Shown here: positions 47,893 to 57,377 of the stretch, piece after piece
Numbering within the stretch: the stretch's first letter is position 1
Layout: every line of letters starts with the position of its first letter
Origin: Candidatus Saccharimonadota bacterium
Lineage (GTDB): Bacteria > Patescibacteriota > Saccharimonadia > UBA4664
Reading direction: 5' to 3'
DNA length: 64,000 nucleotides
NCBI GenBank assembly: GCA_019352195.1
Contig: JACAFG010000002.1
Coordinates: 19,120-83,119 of the forward strand
Position numbers and translations under genes: made by a program
Notes under the pieces: generated by a model
Seen by the model: only the letters and a program-made list of their open reading frames with translations
What the model was told of the DNA's origin: nothing
Databases searched by the model: none

Positions 47893-50004
47893 ATGGAACC
47901 TAATCCATCAAACAAACCAAACGATCAGCCATCAGATCAACCGCGCCCCGCGACGCAGACTCAAAATAGCAACGCGCCGCAGGGCGAACGTCAGCAGGGA
48001 CAAAACCGCAATAATAACCAGCGCGGCCGCGGCAACGGTGGCGGTAATCGCAACCCGCAAAACAATGGTCCGCGACCAGCCGGTGCCGAGGGCCAAAACC
48101 CTCAGCAGCCGCGTCCGCCGCGTGAAAATGGGGTAAGCAACGCAGTTAGCCGCCAACGCCGCCGTATTGCGCAGCAAGGTCCCCAGCACACCGATTTGCT
48201 GCCGTCGCTTGATTTTATGCCGGTTAACAAGAGCCTGTTTAATGGTGCCGCCGGTACACAACAAGCCAAAAAAGGCGCGCAAAACCGTGGTCCGGCCAAC
48301 CAACTTAGTCGTGAGCCCAAGTTGCGCATAATCCCGTTGGGTGGACTCGGCGAAGTAGGCAAGAACATGATGGCAATAGAGTATGGCGACGACATCATTA
48401 CTGTCGACATGGGCTTTATGTTCCCTAACCCAACTAAGCAGCCGGGCGTCGATTACATGATTCCGGATGTAACTTACCTGATAAAAAACAAGCACAAGAT
48501 CCGTGGTCACATTCTCTCTCACGCTCACGAAGACCACATGGGTGGTATTCCGTTTATTTTGCCACAACTGCCAGCCCCAATTTTTACGGCTCGTTTTTCG
48601 GCCGGCATGGTTGAAAAGAAGCTCGTTGAGTATCACCTGCAAACGCAGCCACAAATTCGGGTGCTCGATCCCGATATTCATGAGCGCGTGCAACTGGGCG
48701 TCTTCAATATTGAGCTGGTGCGTGTGACGCACGCTATTCCTGATGCTTGCGCGGTGGTGATTTCAACTCCGGTTGGTAAGATCATCAACACCGGCGATTG
48801 GCGCTTTGATCCAACCCCCGTCGACAACAAAGTGGCCGATAAGCCGCGTCTCGAAGAACTCGGTCGGGAGGGTGTATTGCTCCTTATGGGCGACTCAACC
48901 TCATGCGAACTCCCGGGTCGCTCGATGTCCGAGATGGCGATTGCCGATAGTTTTGATGACGTCTTTGGACGTGCCGAAGGCCGCATTATTTTGGCCAGTT
49001 TCTCGAGTCAGATTAACCGTATCCAGCTTGTAATCGATTCAACCGCGCGAGCTGGTCGTAAGATCGCTTTTGTGGGCCGCTCGATGCTTGCTAACGTAGA
49101 GCTCGCGGTAAAACTGGGCTACCTCAAGGTACCTGCCGGTATCGTGATGAAGGTACAGGAAATTGTTAACCAGCCCGACAACAAAGTTGTGGTGATGTGT
49201 ACCGGTTCGCAGGGTGAAGAAAACTCGGCCCTCACACGCATGGGTAACGGTGAGCACCAGAACATCAAGATTAAGGCTGGCGACAGCATTATCTTCAGTT
49301 CATCGATTATTCCGGGTAACGACCGCTCTGTCACCAGTTCAATGGATGGCCTTATGCGTGAAGGTGCCCGCGTTTATCACCACATTTTCCGCGACCTCGA
49401 CCACGTAGGTCCCTTGCACGTTGGTGGTCACGGTCACCGCGAAGAGGTGATTGAGATGGTTCAGCTCGTGAAGCCGAAGTTCTTTGTGCCAATTCATGGT
49501 GAGTTCCATATGCTCGTTCGTAACGCTGAAGCGGCTATCGAAGCTGGTATTCCGCAGAGCAACGTGTTTGTGATGGACAACGGTGACGTGCTTGAACTGA
49601 CAGCTGACTCGGCCGCCAAAGCTCCACGTGTTCAGGCTGGGATCGTAATGATTGACGGTGCCGGCATTGGTGACGTCGAAGGCGTAGTATTGCGCGACCG
49701 CGTTGCCTTGGCGAGTGAAGGCGTCTTCATGATTATTGCGACGGTAAGCCGCAAAACCGGTAAACTTATCTCAAGCCCAGATATCATTTCGCGCGGGTTT
49801 ATTTACATGAAAGATAACGAAGATCTTATCAATAAAACGCGGGCCGAAGTACGCCGTGCGTTTGAGAAGAAATCCAATACTGGTCCGATGACCCGTGAAG
49901 ACTGGACGAAGTTCAAGCTTAATTTGCGTGATGATGTGGCCGACTATCTGTACTCGCAAACAAAGCGCAATCCAATGGTGTTGCCGGTAGTAAACGAAGT
50001 TTAA
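47893..50004 (+). CDS. rnj: ribonuclease J with long disordered N-terminus
   Basis: GGLGEVGKNM, HAHEDH, TGSQGE and PIHGE motifs. Confidence 0.96.
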   Translation: MEPNPSNKPNDQPSDQPRPATQTQNSNAPQGERQQGQNRNNNQRGRGNGGGNRNPQNNGPRPAGAEGQNPQQPRPPRENGVSNAVSRQRRRIAQQGPQHTDLLPSLDFMPVNKSLFNGAAGTQQAKKGAQNRGPANQLSREPKLRIIPLGGLGEVGKNMMAIEYGDDIITVDMGFMFPNPTKQPGVDYMIPDVTYLIKNKHKIRGHILSHAHEDHMGGIPFILPQLPAPIFTARFSAGMVEKKLVEYHLQTQPQIRVLDPDIHERVQLGVFNIELVRVTHAIPDACAVVISTPVGKIINTGDWRFDPTPVDNKVADKPRLEELGREGVLLLMGDSTSCELPGRSMSEMAIADSFDDVFGRAEGRIILASFSSQINRIQLVIDSTARAGRKIAFVGRSMLANVELAVKLGYLKVPAGIVMKVQEIVNQPDNKVVVMCTGSQGEENSALTRMGNGEHQNIKIKAGDSIIFSSSIIPGNDRSVTSSMDGLMREGARVYHHIFRDLDHVGPLHVGGHGHREEVIEMVQLVKPKFFVPIHGEFHMLVRNAEAAIEAGIPQSNVFVMDNGDVLELTADSAAKAPRVQAGIVMIDGAGIGDVEGVVLRDRVALASEGVFMIIATVSRKTGKLISSPDIISRGFIYMKDNEDLINKTRAEVRRAFEKKSNTGPMTREDWTKFKLNLRDDVADYLYSQTKRNPMVLPVVNEV

Positions 50005-50019
50005 GAATCTAGACTACTA

Positions 50020-50053
50020 AAAAACTGCCGCCCCCATGGGGGCGGCAGTTTTT
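50020..50053. terminator. bidirectional terminator after rnj
   Basis: AAAAACTGCCGCCCCC-AT-GGGGGCGGCAGTTTTT. Confidence 0.85.
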
Positions 50054-50259
50054 GGTAGAGGAAGTTATCCAGTTTTATAGGTGTCCACGGTCATTTCTGA
50101 TATCTGTATGCCTCAAATTATCGAAGTAGTGCAACCGAAACAAATAATTGACAAATTACTAATTAATCAGTATACTAGTACTACTTTCACGATTGTGAGA
50201 ACCTTGATCTTTGAATCGGCCAAACGGCCGATTAACTATTTTTCGACCTGGAGGCTGAC

Positions 50260-50658
50260 ATGAAAGATATCAATGATGTTGACCACGACGACAGCTACCA
50301 TGCAGAGATCGCGGCTGATACCACGACCGGCCCGAAGCGCAAGTTCCGCTGGCGCCTCTGGCTCGTAGCTGCAATTGTTTTGCTCGTGCTGGTGGCGATG
50401 GCCATCGAGACGGCCAATCCGGCGACGCTAAAGGCTATCAATGGTGACCAGGCGAGCGGGTCGGCCGAGACGAGCATGACTTTTCTGCATGTACTGGGCT
50501 ACGCTTTCATTGCGCTATCGGCGCTTGCCATTGTGGGCGGAGCTTTGATCAGGGTGATTACCGGCATTCGGAGCCAGCGTAGCAAAGTGGTTCGCGCGAC
50601 ATATGGCGTGGCCGTAGTGGTTGTCTTGGCGTCGGGGATTCTACTCGTTTCGTCGTGA
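50260..50658 (+). CDS. membrane protein
   Basis: GGAGG RBS, three TM segments. Confidence 0.6.
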   Translation: MKDINDVDHDDSYHAEIAADTTTGPKRKFRWRLWLVAAIVLLVLVAMAIETANPATLKAINGDQASGSAETSMTFLHVLGYAFIALSALAIVGGALIRVITGIRSQRSKVVRATYGVAVVVVLASGILLVSS

Positions 50659-50970
50659 GTTGGCACCAGATAAGAAACCGATTGCCAGCCTGTGGCAGGG
50701 CCGTTATGTAGCCTAGGCCATGATCACGCGAGTGGCCTTGTTAAGTCGACATGACTGGTTTGTGCATAATATGCGCTCCGCGTCAGAATGGGCTTGATTG
50801 ATCGCCGCTGGTGATCAATTTCCCGAGCTAGGGGGTAGTTGTTTTCGGTTCGCTGTTGCGGTCCTGCGGAGATTTTTTCCGCGGGGCCGCTTTTGCTTTT
50901 AAGCCGTATGGCTCACTTAGGGGTGAAATTGCTATCTTATCTGGAGCTTTAGCGTTATAATAGGTCCGAT

Positions 50971-53211
50971 ATGGCGACAAAACGCAAAACCAAACGAACT
51001 ACGAAGTCCCGAACTACTGCCTCGCGTGCGAAGTCGCGTTCACGCAAGAAAATGCCGTTGCTGTCGCCCGAAGCAAAAGGCGAAATTTTTGGCGTAGTGC
51101 TGGCGGTGCTCGCAGTACTCCTGATTTTTGCGGATTTTAATTTTGGTGGCACGCTCGTAATCGGCCTTTTCCACGACCTAAAAGTAGTCTTTGGTAATGC
51201 GGCTTTGGTGCTACCGATTATTTTTGCCGTTTTGGCTTGGCGGCTATTTCAGCCAGCCAAATACCAAGTCCGAGCTTGGCACTATTTGGCACTGGCCGTA
51301 TTCATGGCGGCCTTTTCGGGACTGTGGCAGCTCAGCGTAGATCCGGCTAATGGGATGGTGCTCGCGAAGGCGGGAGAGGGTGGGGGCATGCTGGGCTACA
51401 GTATCGCAAACATGATGCTGCCCGTGATTAATAAAGCTGCCTCAATAATTGTCTTATTAGCCCTAATGCTGATTTCGCTCATTGTGGCCTCGGGCATTAA
51501 GCTGTCCGAGCTTTTTGGCGGTTTGGGATCAATCTTTAAACGTGAACCCAAGGACGAAGTGTTAACGGTAAATGATGCGACAGCGATTGGCGTCGTACCG
51601 GAACTTAAGGTAAATGATAACTCTGGTGCACCTGTGCTGCCCATTCGCGGTACGATTGGTGGTGCGGCGGAGCCTATGCCCAAGCCGGTGATGAAAGAAG
51701 AGGCCAAGGAGGCCCTAACGACTGGCGTGGATGTGGACTGGAAGAAGCCGGAGATGACGCTGCTGAGCCAAGCCTCGAGCAAAGCTGACGCTGGCGATGT
51801 GAAGGCTAACGCTGCGATTATTAAGAGTACATTGGACAGCTTTAATATTGCGGTACAGATGGGCGAAGTTAACGTGGGTCCAACTGTTACTCAATATACC
51901 TTTACCCCGCCGAGCGGCGTAAAGTTGAACAAAATTACTACTCTAGATACCAACTTAGCGTTGAGTTTGGCGGCTCACCCTATTCGCATTGAGGCCCCTA
52001 TTCCGGGAAAATCTGCGGTGGGCGTCGAGATTCCGAACAAGAGTATTGCGACCGTTCGGCTGCGTAGTGTGCTTGAAACGCCCGAATGGAAAAAGGAAGA
52101 TGGCCCGCTGACGTTTGTTTTGGGTCGGGACGTAAGTGGTATTCCCATGTTTACCGATCTAGCTAAAATGCCGCACATGCTCATTGCCGGTGCGACCGGT
52201 TCGGGTAAATCAGCCATGATTAACTCGTTTCTCACGAGCTTGCTGTTTCGCAATTCGCCCAATGATTTGAAACTAATCTTGGTGGATCCGAAGCGCGTCG
52301 AACTTGGTTTGTATAACGGTATTCCGCATTTGCTGGCCGAAGTTATTAATGATCCCGAGAAGGCGATTTCAGCGCTCAAATGGGCAGTGGCGGAAATGGA
52401 GCGCCGGTATAAATTGTTGGCCGATGTTGGTAATCGCAACATTATTGAATACAACAAAGCTCATCCCGATGATCGCTTGCCCTACATTGTGGTGGTAATC
52501 GATGAGATGGCCGACCTTATGATTGTGGCGGCTAAAGACGTGGAAACCTTGATTGTGCGCTTGGCACAAATGGCGCGCGCCATTGGTATTCACTTGGTAC
52601 TCGCAACCCAGCGGCCGAGTGTGGACGTTATTACCGGTGTTATTAAGGCAAACGTACCGGCGCGCTTGGCGTTTAGTGTGGCGTCGCAGATTGACTCACG
52701 GACCATCTTGGATCAAATGGGCGCCGAAAAGCTTTTGGGTAAGGGCGATATGCTCTTTGCTAGCCCCGAAATGATGAAGCCGCGCCGTATTCAGGGCGCG
52801 TTCCTCGAAGAGAGCGAAGTAAAAGCGGTTACCGATTTCTTACGTGAACAAACGCCGACCGACTTTGCTTACAATGATGATGTCCTGGCTCAAAAAGTGA
52901 ATATTGGCGGCAGATCCAGTGGGGGAGGCGGTGGCGGTGACGGCGAAATTGATGATGATTTGTTTGCCGAAGCGGCCGATGCTGTGATTCGTGCCGGCAA
53001 GGCATCAACTTCAATGCTGCAGCGCCGGTTGCGAGTTGGTTACGCGCGGGCCGCGCGTCTGATTGACCTGCTTGAAGAACAAGGCGTTGTGGGTCCAGCA
53101 GACGGTGCCCGGCCGCGCGACGTGCTCGTTAGTAGTATCGACCAGGTGCGCGGTGCTGGCGGCCCCTCAAGCGTCGAAGAGATGCGCCCTGCCGAACCTT
53201 ACGATGACTAG
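50971..53211 (+). CDS. ftsK: DNA translocase FtsK/SpoIIIE
   Basis: TM N-terminus, GATGSGKS, DEMADLM, ATQRPS and gamma domain RVGYARAARL. Confidence 0.97.
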   Translation: MATKRKTKRTTKSRTTASRAKSRSRKKMPLLSPEAKGEIFGVVLAVLAVLLIFADFNFGGTLVIGLFHDLKVVFGNAALVLPIIFAVLAWRLFQPAKYQVRAWHYLALAVFMAAFSGLWQLSVDPANGMVLAKAGEGGGMLGYSIANMMLPVINKAASIIVLLALMLISLIVASGIKLSELFGGLGSIFKREPKDEVLTVNDATAIGVVPELKVNDNSGAPVLPIRGTIGGAAEPMPKPVMKEEAKEALTTGVDVDWKKPEMTLLSQASSKADAGDVKANAAIIKSTLDSFNIAVQMGEVNVGPTVTQYTFTPPSGVKLNKITTLDTNLALSLAAHPIRIEAPIPGKSAVGVEIPNKSIATVRLRSVLETPEWKKEDGPLTFVLGRDVSGIPMFTDLAKMPHMLIAGATGSGKSAMINSFLTSLLFRNSPNDLKLILVDPKRVELGLYNGIPHLLAEVINDPEKAISALKWAVAEMERRYKLLADVGNRNIIEYNKAHPDDRLPYIVVVIDEMADLMIVAAKDVETLIVRLAQMARAIGIHLVLATQRPSVDVITGVIKANVPARLAFSVASQIDSRTILDQMGAEKLLGKGDMLFASPEMMKPRRIQGAFLEESEVKAVTDFLREQTPTDFAYNDDVLAQKVNIGGRSSGGGGGGDGEIDDDLFAEAADAVIRAGKASTSMLQRRLRVGYARAARLIDLLEEQGVVGPADGARPRDVLVSSIDQVRGAGGPSSVEEMRPAEPYDD

Positions 53212-53269
53212 CCTTAGTTAATTGCGAGAGGACGGGATCCAAGCGGATCCCGGCCTTGTTGATCGCGGG

Positions 53270-54025
53270 CTAAATCTGATGCAAATCGGAAACGTTCATC
53301 CACCTGGGTTTGAGCAACGGATCAGATTTGTACAGCGTTGGATGGGTGGAATGCGCAGCGGGCGTAGGACGCGGATTGTTCACCATCACCAGTCGCCACA
53401 GCAACGGGACAATGTCCCAGACGGCGCTGTTAGTGCGCTGCCAACTCGGCCAGCGTTTGTAGACGGTATCAAGACCGGTAACCATGCCCGCGAGCTCCAT
53501 GGTTTGCAGACTGCCTCGACAGCTGACAAATGAGTATTCGGACCAGAAGGGCTGGGGCCACCGGTAACACCGAATAAGGAGGCTGAGGTGACCGACGCCG
53601 CCAGCAAATAACATACTGCTGCGCTTATTGAGTCGATCGCGCCACCATGGCTTAGGCGGAAAGCCGAGTGCTGGATCTAAGGCCGGAAACGTGGCCGGTT
53701 TGTCGTGCCAAGCCCGGTCGAAACACCCTGGCAACATTTCGGCTAGTTCCCAAACGGTGCCGCCGCGGCTCGAGCAGACATAGAGCGATGGACCCCGCAG
53801 CCTCACGCGCTCGATGAGCCCCCAGCGCGATAGACGTCCGAGAGCGGGCAGCAACGTGACGCGATCAAGACCAAGATCTCGAGCGAAAAACTCGGACTGG
53901 CCTAGCCTCACAATGGCGAGCAGCGCTGGCAAAACGTGATAGCTGCCAACGAGCGCCAAACTGGCTCGTTCGGCCAGGTAATGGGGAGTGTCCAGATCGT
54001 CAGGTATTAAGGGTTGAGGGTGCAC
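53270..54025 (-). CDS. hypothetical protein, possible wHTH N-terminus
   Basis: GTG after AGGAG; LARDLGLDR...LGRLSRWGLIERV-like segment. Confidence 0.45.
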   Translation of the reverse strand: MHPQPLIPDDLDTPHYLAERASLALVGSYHVLPALLAIVRLGQSEFFARDLGLDRVTLLPALGRLSRWGLIERVRLRGPSLYVCSSRGGTVWELAEMLPGCFDRAWHDKPATFPALDPALGFPPKPWWRDRLNKRSSMLFAGGVGHLSLLIRCYRWPQPFWSEYSFVSCRGSLQTMELAGMVTGLDTVYKRWPSWQRTNSAVWDIVPLLWRLVMVNNPRPTPAAHSTHPTLYKSDPLLKPRWMNVSDLHQI

Positions 54026-54098
54026 TTGTACTCCTATCAGAGGGCAAACGGATAAAACAAGCTGGCACGTATTACAGCACACCCGCTACAATAGGTCC

Positions 54099-55061
54099 AT
54101 GTCTGATGAAGTTAAATTAGTTGGTAAGGTGGGACCGCAACTTAAAGCGAGGCGGCAGGCGCTGCGGTTGAGCTTGGCTCAAGTGGAACTTGATACCAAG
54201 ATTCGCGGTAAATTTCTCACAGCGCTCGAGAGCGGCAATTACGATAAGCTGCCCCACGACATATACTCGCGCGGATTTGTACAACAGTATGCGGGTTACT
54301 TAGGCCTAAATGGCTCTGAAGTAGCCACTGCCTATGTGGCTGAACGTGGTGGCCTCGAAGCGGGGGATACCAAACGCCCCACCCTGGAGCGTCAACGCAG
54401 ACTCGTCTTTACGGGGCCAATTTTGGCGGCCTTTGCGGCCATTGTGGTGGTTAGTGCGATTGCATCGTATTTGGTGTATCAATTTAGTGCCTTGGCAGCC
54501 CCGCCTCATTTGGTGGTTACGAGCCCGGCTGCCGACACCACGGTTACCGGATCGGTCATTGAGGTGGTAGGGCATACTACGCCTGGCGCCGACATAACCA
54601 TCAATAATTCGCCCATTTTGAGTGATACCGACGGCAGCTTTAGTGAAAAAGTGGCTTTAGGGGACGGGCTCAATACTATTCGGGTGAGTTCGAAGAGCAA
54701 GTTGGGCAAAAGCAGTACGGTAGTACGCAATGTTTTGGCGCATTTGCCTGAGGTTCAGGGAGCGACGGCGAGTGTACCGACGGCGCCGTTTAACGGCGTC
54801 GCGGCATCAATCAGTGTCAGCGCCACAACCTCCGTGGTCGTCGCGGTAGACGGCAAAGAGGCGTTTCGACAGACCGTTTTGCCGGGTTGGAGTCAGCTGT
54901 TCACGGGTGCCCAAAGCGTGGTTATAACTACTGGTAACGCTGGTGCGACCAACGTTGTTATCACCAACAGCGTGGTAGCGAACAAGAAATTTACTCCGCT
55001 TGGTGGGCAAGGAGAGATCCGACGCAATCAAGAGTTCGATAGTACTACGACTTTTCAATAA
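54099..55061 (+). CDS. RodZ-like HTH membrane protein
   Basis: TKIR..FL.ALE, YSRGFV..YA, TM helix, Ig-like domain and GNAG motif. Confidence 0.8.
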   Translation: MSDEVKLVGKVGPQLKARRQALRLSLAQVELDTKIRGKFLTALESGNYDKLPHDIYSRGFVQQYAGYLGLNGSEVATAYVAERGGLEAGDTKRPTLERQRRLVFTGPILAAFAAIVVVSAIASYLVYQFSALAAPPHLVVTSPAADTTVTGSVIEVVGHTTPGADITINNSPILSDTDGSFSEKVALGDGLNTIRVSSKSKLGKSSTVVRNVLAHLPEVQGATASVPTAPFNGVAASISVSATTSVVVAVDGKEAFRQTVLPGWSQLFTGAQSVVITTGNAGATNVVITNSVVANKKFTPLGGQGEIRRNQEFDSTTTFQ

Positions 55062-55090
55062 TTTTGCTATACTAAGCCCGCAATGATCTG

Positions 55091-55495
55091 TTGAGTACCG
55101 AGACCGAGAGGCAAATGATGGTGATTAATTACTCGATTGATCCCAGTGACGCGGAGTATCGACAGCTGCGTTGGGGTATCTATGTGAACCACAAAGGCGG
55201 TCTGTATAACGTTGCCAAGGTAGTACGTGACATGACCAATGGACTCGACCAGGTGAAGGTCTATTACGACGCGGTCGTGCCAGATGTCTCCCAGCCCGGT
55301 CCGCACAGCTATGTACGAGAGTTTCGCGAGTTTTTGTTCGATTGGGTACATCGTGACGGCACTTTATGCGCGCGGATTGTCTCAATTAGCTACAATTGTC
55401 CTCATGATCATGCTGTCGCAGTACACCGATTTGCCTATGTTGGTCCGGTGTTTGTACCCAGCATGAAGCTGGTGGACCCTTGGGGCGGGCCGTAA
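55091..55495 (+). CDS. DUF1653-like protein
   Basis: GIYVNHKGGLYNV...V.Y...YVR...EF. Confidence 0.5.
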   Translation: MSTETERQMMVINYSIDPSDAEYRQLRWGIYVNHKGGLYNVAKVVRDMTNGLDQVKVYYDAVVPDVSQPGPHSYVREFREFLFDWVHRDGTLCARIVSISYNCPHDHAVAVHRFAYVGPVFVPSMKLVDPWGGP

Positions 55496-55593
55496 ATACG
55501 CCTCGCTCCTACCCCGGTTGGCGGCAGGTCTTCGGACTTGCTGCCAACTTTTGGATTATTAAGTGTTAAACTGAACTCGATAAGGAGGCTTTT

Positions 55594-56091
55594 ATGGCCA
55601 AAGATTTTTCATTCGATATTGTGAGTGATTTTGATCCAGCCGAAATGGCTAACGCGGTCGACCAGGCCCAGCGAGAACTGGGTACACGGTACGATTTTAA
55701 GGGCACGGCCGCTAAGCTTGAGTTTGGTGAGGGTAAGACCAGCGTCGAAATTGAAGGTGCGAGCCGTAACCAGCTGGACGCTATTTTGGACATGCTGCAA
55801 TCGAAGCTCATTAAGCGCGGTGTCTCGCTAAAGGTTCTCGACACGTCGAAAGATCCCGATCAGGGTGGTAAAGAAATGCGTTGGAGTGTTCCCTTTGTTA
55901 AGGGACTTGATCAAGATAAGGCCAAGCAAATTACTAAACTTATTCGCGACGAGTTTCCCAAGGCCAAAAGCCAAATTCAGGGCGACAGTGTGCGCGTAAG
56001 TTCGACCAGTAAAGATGATTTACAGGGCGTGATGAGTTTATTGCGCGCTAAGGATTTCGATTTCCCGGTGGAGTTTGAAAATTACCGCTAA
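55594..56091 (+). CDS. yajQ: YajQ family nucleotide-binding protein
   Basis: SFDIVS, RYDFKG, IQGD.VRV and ENYR motifs. Confidence 0.95.
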   Translation: MAKDFSFDIVSDFDPAEMANAVDQAQRELGTRYDFKGTAAKLEFGEGKTSVEIEGASRNQLDAILDMLQSKLIKRGVSLKVLDTSKDPDQGGKEMRWSVPFVKGLDQDKAKQITKLIRDEFPKAKSQIQGDSVRVSSTSKDDLQGVMSLLRAKDFDFPVEFENYR

Positions 56092-56100
56092 GGAGGATTC

Positions 56101-56775
56101 TTGAAGTTACCCGATCTAATACTTGTTCGACATGGTGAAAGTCACGGGAATGTTATTAATGCGCGTTTACGGGGAGACGCATCGGAAGTGCCGCCGGCAG
56201 GTTTTCATGATACTCATAACAGTGCATGGGAGCTGACAGAGGCTGGTACACAGCAAGCAGTCCTAGCTGGTGAGTGGATCCGCTCCCACGCGAACGAGTC
56301 ACCTCATCTTGGCTTTGTTTCGGTATTTACTCGAACTTTGCAGACGGCCGAATGTTTGGCGCTCCCTGATACTCAGTGGCATCAGGAGCTGCTACTACGT
56401 GAACGTGAGGTATCAAACATCGCTCACCAGCCATCTGGTAAGCCCGACCCAGTAGGTGAACTCGATTATTTGTACCTGGCACCTTTAGGTGTCGATACTT
56501 TTGCTCAGCTGTCCGATCGGGTCCAGTTATTTATGACGAAACTCCGTTGCCTTCAGCTTGATCCGACCCGTCCGATCGTAATTGTGACCCACAGCAAAAC
56601 AATGTGGGCTTTCCGGTTCGTCTTGGAGAACATGACTCCGCAGCAATTTGTCGCGACGTTTCCGCCGCCTGATAAATCTCACGAGATCGGCTATGGCCAT
56701 ATTTTGCATTATTCTGGCAGTGACGAGCTTGGCTTGTCGTTTGAAAAGTTCGAACACGTTAGTGTCGGCCAATGA
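56101..56775 (+). CDS. histidine phosphatase family protein
   Basis: LVRHGES, RTLQTA, LRERE and VTHS motifs. Confidence 0.85.
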   Translation: MKLPDLILVRHGESHGNVINARLRGDASEVPPAGFHDTHNSAWELTEAGTQQAVLAGEWIRSHANESPHLGFVSVFTRTLQTAECLALPDTQWHQELLLREREVSNIAHQPSGKPDPVGELDYLYLAPLGVDTFAQLSDRVQLFMTKLRCLQLDPTRPIVIVTHSKTMWAFRFVLENMTPQQFVATFPPPDKSHEIGYGHILHYSGSDELGLSFEKFEHVSVGQ

Positions 56776-57377
56776 TTACGCTCGAAGAATCTAAACACAA
56801 TCAAGCCGAAATGCAGGCTCAGGGTCGGCGACTTATCAATACCACTCCTATCGTCAAGATATTCAGTCGATATGGGGATTACCGCCTAGGTGGTTCATAT
56901 CAACACGGAACTATGATTTTTGCCAAGCCTGATATTGACGGCTACATTGTGGTCGAAACAGTCGAGCTTGAAGCGGGAATGGCTTTGCTGGGCGAGCTCA
57001 TTCAGCAAGATAGCGTTCGACGTATCGCAATTGAGAAAGAGTCTCAGCGAGGAATTGGTCTGCAGGTGAAAGTTCCCTTTGAGGGTCGCATGTGGAATTT
57101 TGATGTTCACTTTGTTGTTCCGTCCGAACTAAAAGCTGTGGATTATCTAGGTCACGTGACATTTACGCAGTATCAAGCTGAAACGATGATGTTTCTGAAG
57201 GCGCAATTGTATGAACGGGGATTGTACCCGGGTTCCACAAAATTGCCCGGATCGTTTAGTTCATTTGATGTCTATAGCGCGGTTCTCGATGACAATGTCA
57301 CTTCGGTTGAAGAAATGATTGCGTGGGGTAAAGTTCGTGAGATGGCAGCTGATAAGTTCCGGCGGCAGAACTCTTAA
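56772..57377 (+). CDS. Pol-beta-like nucleotidyltransferase domain protein
   Basis: GGSY...M...PDID, later WNFD. Confidence 0.6.
   Translation: MITLEESKHNQAEMQAQGRRLINTTPIVKIFSRYGDYRLGGSYQHGTMIFAKPDIDGYIVVETVELEAGMALLGELIQQDSVRRIAIEKESQRGIGLQVKVPFEGRMWNFDVHFVVPSELKAVDYLGHVTFTQYQAETMMFLKAQLYERGLYPGSTKLPGSFSSFDVYSAVLDDNVTSVEEMIAWGKVREMAADKFRRQNS

Noticed and set aside
47932-48732. 266-aa minus-strand ORF
   Set aside because: Antisense to rnj.
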